A stretch of DNA of 64,000 bases, taken from Mytilus edulis (lineage: Eukaryota). This document shows, one piece after another, positions 27,094-39,200 of the stretch. The notes below the pieces were generated by a model, which worked only from the letters and a program-made list of their open reading frames with translations, was not told where the DNA came from and ran no database searches. The stretch is taken from the NCBI RefSeq assembly GCF_963676685.1, contig NC_092347.1, forward strand, positions 29,140,001 through 29,204,000. The letters run 5' to 3'. The position numbers and the translations under genes are program-made. How positions within the stretch are numbered: position 1 is the first letter of the stretch; each line of letters starts with the position of its first letter.

Positions 27094-27263
27094 TCCTCTT
27101 GAATGTTATTGTTGTGGATTCGAAAGTTCCTCTGAAATATTATTGTTGTGGATTGGATAGTTCCTCTTGAATGTTATTGTTGTGGATTGGATAGTTCCTC
27201 TGAAATATTATTGTTGTGGATTGGATAGTTCCCTCTTAAATATTATGGTTGTTGATTGTAAAG
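27093..27263 (-). repeat. 34-bp tandem repeat, 5 copies with alternating variants, directly upstream of the caspase-like ATG
   Basis: ttcctcttgaatgttattgttgtggatt.. alternates with ttcctctgaaatattattgttgtggatt..; lies between a - strand splice acceptor (27266-68) and the ATG at 27093. Confidence 0.85.
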
Positions 27264-28459
27264 TCCTGGAAAAATAATAAAACATTATTTTTGGATTATC
27301 TCTACAAACATGATAAAATATTATTGTTCAATGTATCAAATCAATGATAAATCGAGGACTTTTTTTTTATACTGCTCCCTTTCCTTACTAGTCCTGATCA
27401 GTCCTGCTGACTTCATAGATTTGACTAAAATGATTTTGAACTTGATTTGATATGATTGATATATTGTTGTTTGCTTATTTAAATTGTGTAAACTCAAGCG
27501 TTCTGGTGGTAAATATTCGGTTGTCGTATCTAGGTCAAATATGTCAATTTTGGAATGCAACACATTACAGTCATAATAAATGAATTAATAACAATATGTG
27601 CATCATTTAAGAGTTTGGAAGTGTTTGAATTTAATGAAATATATTAAATGCATGCCAATTTGATAAAATTCATTATTCTGCAGTAGTCAATATACGCATG
27701 TGCAAAAAAAAATATTGGATTTAGAGCATGCATGGTTTATTATCATAAAGCGAAAGAAACACGTCATATTAAAATCAAGTTTTTTCTATAATATCTAATT
27801 GAAAAAATAACTCTTGACAAAAAAAGTACCATACTGAACAGAAAAGGAAATTAAATTTGAAGGAAAATTATATTATGTTTGACTCCAGAATATCACCAAA
27901 ATCAGGCTTTTCAATTGGTATGAAAGTTGCACTTACAAATATATGCCAATTAGTAACAGCTAGGATACTTGCAGATTCAAATAAACTATAGTGATTCCAA
28001 CATTTATTTGGACAAAGATTCTACAAATTTTTCATCAAAATTGTTTTATGGTTGTCAGACTGTTTACAATAAAGGAAGAATCGCTGAGAAATGTTAAAGA
28101 ATTTCAAAATTTATTTGAGTAGAAATGAAGAGAATTTTTTTAACTTATGGACGAAAAAGTCCACAGCCAGGAAAAAGAGTCTTTAGATTAACATCTGCGA
28201 ATGAATAAAATAAAATATACATAAATATTAAAACAATATATAAAAGATGAAGAAATTCACATACTGAAGTAGCTATAGTAACTTGTGTTGTTTTGGGTTG
28301 AGACAATGAGGGCAGTTAAATGTGGCTACCTTCAACATGTTCAAGACGAAAAACAGTAAAAATTCTTGCCAAACAACGTTAACCGTAATGGTGCACGACT
28401 TTTAATGTACTTTCTAGAAGACGATAAAAGATTCGATTGAAATTGACTATTCATGTTTT

Positions 28460-28805
28460 TCGTTTACTTTTCTACATTGGCTAGAGGTATAGGGCAAGGG
28501 TTGAGATCTCATAAACATGTTTAACCCTGCCCCATTTTTGCGCCTGTCCCAAGTCAGGAGCCTCTGGCCTTTGTTAGTCCTGTATTATTTTTAATTTTAG
28601 TTTCTTGTGTATAATTTGGAGTTTAGTAAGGCAATCATTATTACTGAACTAGTATATATATTTGTTAAGGGGTCAGCTGAAGGACACTTCTGGGTGCAGG
28701 AATTTCTCGCTGCATTGAAGACCTATTGTGGACCTTCTGCTGTTCTGTTTTATGGTCAGGTTGTCGTCTCTTTGACACATTCCCCATTTCCATTCTCAAT
28801 TCTAT
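28460..28805 (+). mobile_element. Solo copy of the 3' tail of the Penelope-like element
   Basis: Closely matches 21391-21693 (cgtttacttttctacattggctagaggtatag...cattccccatttccattctcaatt); no SECIS or coding part. A further fragment lies at about 12840-12970. Confidence 0.65.
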
Positions 28806-29159
28806 GTTAATTTTTTTATTAACATAATGGTAACAATATTTATTTGAGATCTCTGACGAATCACAATGAGCAGATAAGGATATTTGGATGAATCACAGTA
28901 AGATTTAAACCAATTTGACGCTAATGGTAGCCAAAAATAACCATTAAACGACTGACAGTTAGTAATTACTATCCTCGAGAATGAGCTGTACGTGTGCACC
29001 TGCAAAAACTAGATTTTTTTTGAAAAAAATACCTTTCCTCTTTTTGCTCGTTTCTATCAGGGACAGCCTATACTAACTATAAAGAAGAATAATCTGTCCC
29101 TGTTTTATGCTCAGACAGAGACATGTAATTGTATTAATTTAAATGTCTCTTGACTCGGG

Positions 29160-29768
29160 CGATGTATGTATGTACATTTGTATGTACTGGTAAATGCCTC
29201 CGATATCCGAAGAACCCCTTGAAAACTGCGAGGGTACAGTGGCATCCATGTACACTCCCTAACGGGATTAATGGAGATGTGTCACTAACGTATGTTTATA
29301 CGACAATTATTTTTCCAAGGACAATCAATCCCCACCCAACACAAAGGGAGTGCTAGGACACCGGGCAGTCTGCAATCTAATTAAAATTAAATCTCTCACT
29401 CGCAGCGACCAAGCATTAAAAAATGAGCGAGTGAGAGATTTAATTTTAATTAGATTGGGCAGTCTGTTATTATGGTGGAGGAAGCCGAAGTACTCGGAGA
29501 GAACCACCGGGCCACTCGGTGGAAACAGACAAACCAGAGAGATATCAGAAGATTGATCTCCAGGTCAAAGTAAGGGACAACTTTGACCAACCCAGGCCCC
29601 CAAAGTACACATTCTAGTTTAAACTCCGGTCTGGGTACCAGAGATGTGTGTGAGAGGGTGAAAATTACCCTTCTGATGTGCTGATATTTTTAGAACCCCG
29701 AGTGAGAATCGAACTCGGGACCTTCAGCACTGTAGCCATCGGTCTTAACCACTAGACCACGAACTCAC
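29160..29768 (-). mobile_element. tRNA-derived SINE with V-domain core (V-SINE-like)
   Basis: The - strand head has an A box (tggtctagtgg) and a B box (gagttcgattc) at 29695-29765; core ggtggttctctccgagtacttcggcttcctccacc (29473-29507) matches the V-domain pattern; (TACA)n-like tail at 29162-29187. Confidence 0.7.
29373..29457. mobile_element. 85-bp MITE with perfect 31-bp TIRs and 9-bp TSD (Mutator-like), inside the SINE
   Basis: caatctaattaaaattaaatctctcactcgc and its exact reverse complement; GGCAGTCTG at 29364-72 and 29458-66. Confidence 0.88.
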
Positions 29769-29999
29769 ACTAATGTCTACTTTCGGTTTTGTAAATTACA
29801 CATTATTTTAAACATGTTTAAAACAGTATCAGCTTTTCAACCCTTTTCATATTTCCCATTCCTTAAATCATATTTTGATTTTGCTCGACGTACCTTCTTC
29901 TTTTTATTCCTCTAGTTGTTTTGTTCCCTGATATTTATTATCAGTATGCAGTTAGCAAAATTTCTACTTTCTGTTTAATTCTTAGAGGACGACAACTCG

Positions 30000-30290
30000 C
30001 CCCCACTTTTCAACCCAAGAGCCAACTCACCCTATTTCCCCAAATTCGCCCCTCTCTTTCTTTTCTACATCGTAAAATTCGAAAATTTGCTCAGTCGAAA
30101 GGTCTAAACACCTGGTGAATGAAAACCTAAATAATTGAAGCTGGAGTGAAGAAGAACATTAATGTTCTTCAAAATTATTTCAAAAGTAAAGGTCAGAACT
30201 GATGAATGAATCTGCCAAATTTGGCGGGAAATAATTTTGTCCAATCAAAATGTAGGTGCTCATTCATCTTCGTAAAAGTAACAATGGCCG
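30000..30290. promoter_or_regulatory. Probable bidirectional promoter (RASA1 / caspase-like) with E2F site and CCAAT box
   Basis: TTTGGCGGGAAA (=TTTCCCGCCAAA, E2F consensus) at 30220-30231, CCAATCA at 30241-47, a YY1-like aatggccg over the ATG at 30284, and a candidate - strand splice donor aag|gtacgt at 29894/29893. Confidence 0.5.
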
Positions 30291-33200
30291 ACAAAAACAA
30301 ATTTTCACCATCAACAAGTGGTCACAGTCTGTCCAGCCCTGCATTGAGCCCTGATGACACAACGACAGAAAATGCAGATGATGAAGATCCTTCATTAGAA
30401 AACCAAGATAATGTTGAGCAGACACTGTTCATCAAAATGAATGCGCCACCCGAAAACCGGTGTGTTTTTCGTTTTAAAATTTTCATTTTGTACATAAATA
30501 TTACAACGTAAAATCACATAGATGATTCAGTCACTGTTTTTGATAATCAGCATGATTTTTGCAAAAATATTTCAAATGCAGGCGAAGTTAAGAAAACAAA
30601 ATGTCTATAAATTAGTTGACAGATCCAAATTAGGATAAATTATAATTATTTCCTGGTAAAACAGCAAATCATAATATCCTTTTAATGGGCTTTAAAATCA
30701 ATTGAACAAATTTATTATCAATATTTGAAGTCGATGCCTCCTCAAAAATCATTTGGCTTATTAAAAATACGATAATGTGAGCTAGGGAGACTTATTTATT
30801 TTAAAAGAACTGATTCGGGGAAGCTTCAAAATGGTACATGTAGCTCTTAGGTCCTTATGTTATGATATTTTGTCTATTTGCGGAATAGAGCTACGGTTCT
30901 GCAACTAGGACTTGCATATTTCAAACTGCAGTGGTACTGTCGACTTATTATTTACTCATCATGCTATGTCATGTCCCAATCTTACATGCAACCAGCGCAT
31001 ACCATTTTATTGCACAAAGAGGAAAATATGCTGAGCAAAAGCACAAAAGAGAAAACCTGCACATTGGGATAGTTTGTGCCAACATGCCTTAAGATTGAGC
31101 ATTTTAGGATCTACTTCAAATGTCAGATCCATCCCTTAATTTATAAATTGGTCATTTAAATATGTTTTCATTTTTTTCTGTTGTTAACAATGACCATCGA
31201 TATATCACACCTGCTAACTCAACTTTAAACCAGGGAGATTCACCCTCACCCTTCTTTGACATAGCTGTTTGGGTTGAAATATTGCAAATCTACAAAAATG
31301 AGAGATCATTGGGATTGCACCTTGTCCATTTTTGGTTTAAATGCAGTGATCGGGAAGGACGTGCGCCTATAGCACATATTGACAAGAAATGGTGCATACA
31401 GTGACAAATGTAAGCGCCCACGTGGCGCATGATATTTTTCACTTTGTTTCAAAATGTTTAGATATCGTCAAATGAATTTCCGATCGTGTTCCGTGCCGCC
31501 ATGTGTGTGTACACAACTGTGTAATGTTCCTCCAATAATAGGAGCACCTATATATTTTTGGGACGTCTCGGGTGTTTCCCTATCATAATAGAACCATGCG
31601 ATTTAACGTCTCGGTGTTTTCCTATTGTAATAATAGAACCTTGCGGTCTAACTGATAACCCGAAAAACGTAATTAACCATCATTCATGATATATTTGTTT
31701 ATAAACAACTTTAAATTTGTTAAATATGGCTAGTACAGACGAGATTTAACTCTAATAATAATCTCATTTAGTTTAGCTTATTATTATTTTGATTGAAGAA
31801 CCCCAAGACTTTTTAGGAATATAATTTTTGTCTCCATAAAAGACGCCTAACTGTCCTTGTCATTTTTTGGTCTTTGGCTCGTTTTCACATTTTGTAAACA
31901 TGACTTCAGCGATTTGTTGTTAATGTACAATGTATGTTCTATGAATGGTACTATATATGTTATTCTTGTCACTGTGATGAAGTTATAATAATACAAGAAG
32001 TGCAGAGGAAATGCCTGAAATGTCCTCTGATACGGAATGTCTCGAATAGGTATGGTATCGACGAAGACCCAAATTTAATGTACAAAAAAAAACCATGAAC
32101 ATGAACAAGGCAACAGTACCAGTTTAAACATTGTAAATAAAGGTTGACTTAAATATTGTTGGGGTTGGAAGAAGTTATTGTATGCTCATTGAAATTGAAA
32201 TAATAAAATCACAGGAACAATATCCATGATTTTATTTAAAATCATAAAGGTAAGTATCAACACCTCTTTGCCAAAATATACTGATATCTTTTTTTTTACA
32301 GAAGTCAATTAAAATGGCCCACTCATTTGACAACATGGCCCATTATTTTTTAAAATGGCCCATTGAATTTATTTTTGAGGGGCCCAGGGCCCATAGTGAG
32401 AAAAACCTTCCAGATCACTGTAAATGTCCCATTCTGATATTCCAAAGGGGTCAAAGAGACACAATAAATTATTACTAGCACATACTTATGTAACAATGTG
32501 CGTCTGTTCATAAAAAAACAAATTGGGATTATCTTGTCAAAAATGTTTCCTTCATGGTCAGCATTATATATTGTCACTTGAAATATCTCAGATTTTCTTA
32601 AATGACACAATAAAATACTAGAATCCTGAATATTTTGTTGACAAAATCAATTCAGCCTATGATTTGAATATCAATTGATCATCACTTAGCATCCCTGGCC
32701 CCCTAATGGCCTGTCAGGGTACAAGGCCTCTGATTGGGTTTAGGTGGCCCCCTTATCCCTAATTGCAATCCTACAAATGTCTCCTTCCAACATGTCCAAT
32801 TTAGATTGGAGGGTGTTTGGCCAGTAATAGTGTTTGAATCAATGAGTATCTAGACTAAAGTTTTCTAGCAAAATGACTTTTTCGATGCTGAAAAACATGC
32901 ATAAGTATTGTTATTATTTGTTAATTTTTCATCTATTTATCATGTTATAAATGTATAGAAATATCTTTCTTGTACATCTAGACCAATGACATTGTCGACT
33001 CATTGAATAAAAAGTAAAAAAAAAAAGAAATGGAGGCATGAATATTACACTATATACATGTTTGCTTTAATTTTCTCTTTGTTAAATTTAATCCTGGCAT
33101 GGTATCAAAGATGAGTTTATTTGTACTCATTATATCATTCTGGAAAGTTAATCATATACATGAGCAGTCAACAATCAACTGGAAAACAAAAGCAGAACCA

Positions 33201-36200
33201 AAATCCCCTCAATTATTCTTTCAACTGATATTGAAAATATATACATGATAAACATGCTATAAATATATGTAAACACATTAAGTTGGAAGATTGAAGAATA
33301 ACCAACTTGACGACAATCTTTTTTTCTAAGGGCCCATTTTTAAATGGGCGTGCAACATTTACAACAAAAAGATGTAAAAAAGAAATTCCTGAATCTATCA
33401 TATGTATGCTATTTGTTCCTCTATGAAAATGAAATAAAATGAAAGTATGTTAATGAAAATTGTGGATTTGTGGAATTAAAGCTTTTCTTTTTGTTGCAAA
33501 GGATTATTACTGTAAATTAATATTACCTCAGGGAATAATCTTGCAGCCAAAATGTGGATTAAGCTTAATGCATAAGTTAACAATATTTTCAAAATCGCTT
33601 TAACTTATAGCTAAGTATTAAATTGTTGCCATCAAAATCAGTATAAAGGCAACAACTAGCTGAAGTGATCTTCAATTCACACAGGTAAACAAAAATGGTG
33701 ACTATAAAGGAAAATCAAGATTTTTGAAACCAATTTAAACAGGATACGTGGCAAGAAGTGGTTCCATTTATTAATCTACCTAGCGGTCTGATGACTCCTC
33801 AAAGAGTTATTGCTCAGGTTGAAATGAGGATTTTTGCTGATTTAAAAGTTTTTATGCTCTTGAAGGGGGCTTAAAAGGTTTACCCTTATCTATCTGTATG
33901 CATGACCTGAAATTTGTTTCTGTTTTCTTACTTAAGTTTGCCTTAACCAAATGAAACTTTTAACATAATTCCTATTTCTACCAAACAGTTGAAATTTGAA
34001 TTTGGCTGGTGTTAGATTCACTGTTCCTAAGTTATGTCCCTTTATAAATGGAAAAACACCTGAATTTGCTGATTAACACTCTACTTTGCCTCAACCAAAT
34101 GGTATATGAACTTTCAACACAAATTATTACCACTAACACATATCAAGATTGAATATGGGTGGCATTACTTTCACTGTTCTCAAGTTATGTCCCTTTATTG
34201 ACTCTTGTTTATATATTGTAGTTACAAGTGGGGGTAACTTTCGTACCATTTATTTGTGTGTGTCCAAAGTATAGAAATTCTATAGAGAAAGTGTAAATGA
34301 TAGATATTATCAGTAAAATATTATCTACAAAAAATGAGCCTAACTCTCAGTAACTCAAGTAAAATTTGAATTACAGCAACCTAGTTCAGTAATTCTTTTT
34401 GTATCCAACTGTTAGTTATGTCTCCTTTTGTTGACTTCTACTGTCTTTTCTTTTTCTTTTTATACAACTTTGTTTGGGTTAAAACTATTTTTTTATCTTT
34501 GTACACAGGTTTATAATTATATTATTGGCATGAAGTTGAAGTACCCTAATACTGTGTGTATCATATCACCATGACCTTTATGTAACCTTGACATTTGACT
34601 TACAAGTCAAAATACTTGATTATATTCTTACATTTATTATATTGGTGGAAAAGTCATATGTGATAATTATACCTGCAAAACACTATAAACTAATTGGTTT
34701 AAAGATGTGATACAACATGTACAATATAGCAATGGAATGTCTATTTGTGTAAATGAATGTCGGTATTATTTTCATTGTATGCTAAATAAACCAAATACGT
34801 TTTTTCCTGCTCTGGTTTCTGTGGGAAACAATTCAAATTAATAAATAAAATAATAATTGAAACAATAGATACTATTTCCTGGACAGGAAGAAGTGATTCA
34901 TCATAGAAACTATCTACAAATATTTGGCATCCTTAAATTATCATGTTAGTTTGAAATATGCTTATAACTGTTGTTTAATTAAATAAAATCCATAAAAGCA
35001 GTGTACCCTACTAGAAATTTAAAAGCATCTTGGCAAAGAGCATGTAGAGGAAAGTTTACAAAATGTAGTTGTTGAAATTCATGATCCAGGATAAACTATC
35101 ATAGAATTTCATATTTACTGTACAATGAATTAACAGTGTTACTATTGAATTATGTTACCTTGATGCTAAAAGAGAGAACAATGTGTACCTAGTATGTAGC
35201 ATAAATTATTTGATGTGATGTTTTTAGGTGGTATCATGGTTGTCTGGGGAGACAGAAAGCTGAAGAAAGATTAAGAACTGCAGGAGAAGTGGGATGTTAC
35301 CTTGTTCGTGAAAGTGAAAGTAACAAAGGATCATATGTATTGTCATACCTAGGGAAAAATGGAATGACTCATTTCAAGTAAGTGATTATTGTTGAATCAG
35401 AGGTGCAAAATACATGTTTACAGGTTATAGTTGTTCTCTAGTGTTAAAGTTACAGTCTAACATTTCATGTACTGGTAATTGCAAGCCCAGTAGGACTTTT
35501 ATTCCTGCTGCATGACACTGTGATGTTTCATTTTATGCTTAGCAATGGTCAATTATAAGAAGTCATGAAGATTTATCAAAAAGAAAAAAAGATTGAGATA
35601 TTATTATGAACAAATATAACTCTGAAGTACATGTATATGTGATTAGTCCCATTTAAAATCATCCTGTCACAAACAAATATGTAATAGATATAAGAAGATG
35701 TGGTATGAGTGCCAATTGCAATGAGAAAACTCTCCATCCAAATCACAATATGTAAAAAGTAAACCATTATAGGTAAAAGTATGGCCTTTACAATGTTTAT
35801 ACAGATCCTTAACTCACACTGAATGTTTCTTTGCCAATTAATGCATATTTGACGAAGTGTCGGGTAGTGTGATTTGGGGTTAATCTTGTTTTACATTTTA
35901 GAACAGTTTCTGTTTATCATCATTATTATGACTAATATGTTCTTCCTCTTTTAAGGATGGATGATGAAGAATTTATATCAGTAGGAGGTGTTTAACTTGT
36001 ATTGCTGTAACTTTAGCATCTTTCATAATTCTGTCAAGGGAAGAACTATACGTACATGTATATTTTTATTATTTTCAGGATTTCATCGTATTGTGGTGAC
36101 TATTACATTGGTGGGAGGCGTTTTGACTCTCTGTCGCTACTTATAGGTTACTACACATCAGTTTCATACTTACTGAAGGAGGAACAACTTAAATCCCCTG

Positions 36201-39200
36201 TAGAACCACCTGAGGTAAATACCAATAGCACAGGTTAAAATATAAAGATAAGAAATGTGGTTATAATTACAGTTCTTGGTTCTCTCCAGCTACTCTGTCT
36301 GTTTACACCAGTAATATAGATATAGGCGTAGGGAAGGACGATAAGAATAAATATTGCAACTTTGAAAAAGGCATATTGTACTCAAACTTTTTTTCTAATA
36401 CATTTGTATGTCAATTGTCAAAATGATTGTGGTAATCCAAAAGGAAAAGTGATGACAATGAATAGAGGTGGCAGTGGTTGTAATGTTAATGTAAATACTT
36501 AGGTTTATTATCTTACCTTTGTAGCCAGTTGATGATAAGAGGAAAGTAGTTGCTATCTATCCATTTTCTAAAATGCCAGAAACAGATGAACTCAGGTAAA
36601 GTTGTTTATTCATTACAAATTTATTTTAATTTGCACTTGAACATACATGTAATAGTAAGTTATACACATTTTATGAATTATATAATAGATACCAAAAGAT
36701 CAACAAGGGTTTAATAGATAACCATCAATTAATTAATTACAGAAAGTACTTTTAGATAAATACAATGTTTATTTTAAAACACAGTTCAAGCGTAAATTTG
36801 GATGGCATCACCATCACCTTTCTCTAGTTATGTCCCTGTATGAATGGAAAAATTGGCAACTTTGCTGTTTCAGCAATCAATCTTTTCTTTGCCTCTACTT
36901 AATGTTATTATTGAATTGAGGTGGTGGTGAAAGTCCACATTACTTTCTCCATTTTAGAGTTATGCCCCTTTATGTAGATAAATTGCTAAATCAAGCTCAA
37001 ATATTGGTTGCATCACTTACATCATTCCAGAGTTATGTCCCTTTATTAATGGGAACATTATTGAATTTGCATTATATTTTGTCCATGAACGCATTCTTAT
37101 TTTATTACGACATCAATTACTTTGTCAAATCTTCATGGAATTTTACGAAACTTAGGGCAGAAGTATTGAACTATGTCCAGTGCACGATGTTTTGTCGATA
37201 TTGTCAACATCGCAATGTCAACTTTATAGTGTCGTTATTGTGTTTACATTGTATCCTATCAATATGTTCTATACCTTTCTGTTTACATCGTTCACATCGT
37301 ATACATCGGGATGTTGACAATATCATGTCGACATCGTGTTTATATTGTATATATAGAGAGTCTATAGCTTTCTGTTTACATCGTTCACATCGTATACATC
37401 ACGATGTTGACAATATTGTATCAACATCGTGTTTATATTGTATATATATATAAATAAAGTCTATACCTTTCTGTTTACATCGTTCACATTGTATACATCG
37501 CGATGTTGACAATATTGTGTCAACATCGTGTATATATAGAGTCTATACCTTTCTGTTTACATCGTTCACATCGTATACATCGCGATGTTGACAATATTGT
37601 GTCAACATCGTGTTTATATTGTATATATAGAGTCTATACCTTTCTGTTTACATCGTTCACATTGTATACATCGTGATGTTGACAATATCGTGTCAACATC
37701 GTGTTTATATTGTATTTATATATATAAAGTCTACATACCTTTCTGTTTACATCGTTCACATCGTATACATCGCGATGTTGACAATATTGTGTCAACATCG
37801 TGTTTACATTGTATATATAGTGTCTACACCTTTCTGTTTACATCGTCGTTGACATCGTATACATCGTAATGTTAACAATATAGTGTCAAAATGTTGTTGT
37901 TGTTGTATATACATTTTTTTTTGTTCTTTTTTTTTAAATAAGTTAACATGGTTAAGCAGTTAGTTATATTGTTAAAATTGTTTCCATTTTTCATGTCGGC
38001 GTCTTTATTGTTAACTATGCCATATAAACTTTGCTCAATGTTAAAGGCCATACGGTTATCTATAGATGTGTCAGTTAGTATGTATGTACTGGAAATTTTA
38101 CTTATTTGCAATCATACCACATCTTTTTTTATAAATACATTTCTGTTTAAATTGTTCACATAACAATGCTAACAATATTGTGTCAAAATCGTGTTTATAT
38201 TTTATATTGAGTCTATGGTACGTAACTAAAAACGTTAAACTAACTGCATTTGTTTGCACCTGTCCTTAGTCAGGAATCTGTCGTTCAGTAGTTGTCGTTT
38301 GTTGAATTGTTCATACGTGTTTCTGGTTTCATGTTTTTTACATTAGACCTTTATTTTTCCAGTTCAAATAGTTTTACACTAATGTTTTTTTGTGCCTTTC
38401 ATAGCTTGCTACTCGATAAAAACCAAAACTCCGTATTAATGACAAACATATAGGGGTTTACTTATAAAAGATGTAACTTAAATAAAAAGTTGTCTCATTT
38501 GAACTTATACCGCATCTTCTTATATGTATACATCGCTATGTTAAAGATTTCAACGATGTAAACAATATTCAAGAGTTCAAACAATGTCAACGTTGTTCAC
38601 ACGACATCGCGTTAACCATGTAAACATAATGATGTTAACGATGTCAACGATGTAAACAATATATAAAAGTTCAAACAATGTCAACAATGTTGACACGAAA
38701 TTGTGTTTACATTGTATACATCGCAATGTTAACGATGTCAACGATGTTAACAATACATAAGGGATCAAACAATGTAAACGATGTTGACACGACATCGTGT
38801 TAACATTGTAAACATCGCGATGTTAACGATGTCAACGTTGTAAACAATATATAAGAGTTCAAACAATGTCAACGATGTTGACACGACATCGTGTTTACAT
38901 TGTATACATCGCAATGTTAACGATGTCAACGATGTAAACAATATATAAGGGTTCAAACAATGTAAACGATGTTGACACAACATCGTTTTAACATTGTATA
39001 CATCGCGATGTCAACGATGTATACATTATATAAGGGTTCAAACAATGTAAACAATGTTGACACTATATCGTGTTAACATTGTAGATATCGCGATGTCGAC
39101 AATATTGAATAAACATCCTTCACTGGACATGAATGGAAGTATTTGCATTTAACATTTAAGAAATGAAATCTTGAGCAAAATTATGAAAATGAAAAGAGAA

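Noticed and set aside
27093-27263. CRISPR-like 34-bp repeats or a coding repeat prodomain
   Set aside because: No spacers; the unit length is not a multiple of 3 and there is an in-frame TAA just upstream of the ATG.
29693-29768. tRNA gene on the - strand
   Set aside because: A and B boxes are present, but the anticodon and acceptor stems do not pair and the sequence continues into a V-domain core and microsatellite tail, so it is a SINE head.
36962-38983. Cys/His-rich ORFs (163, 94 and 72 aa) as zinc-finger or metallothionein-like proteins
   Set aside because: They are translations of the tandem arrays of the foldback element inside RASA1 intron 4.
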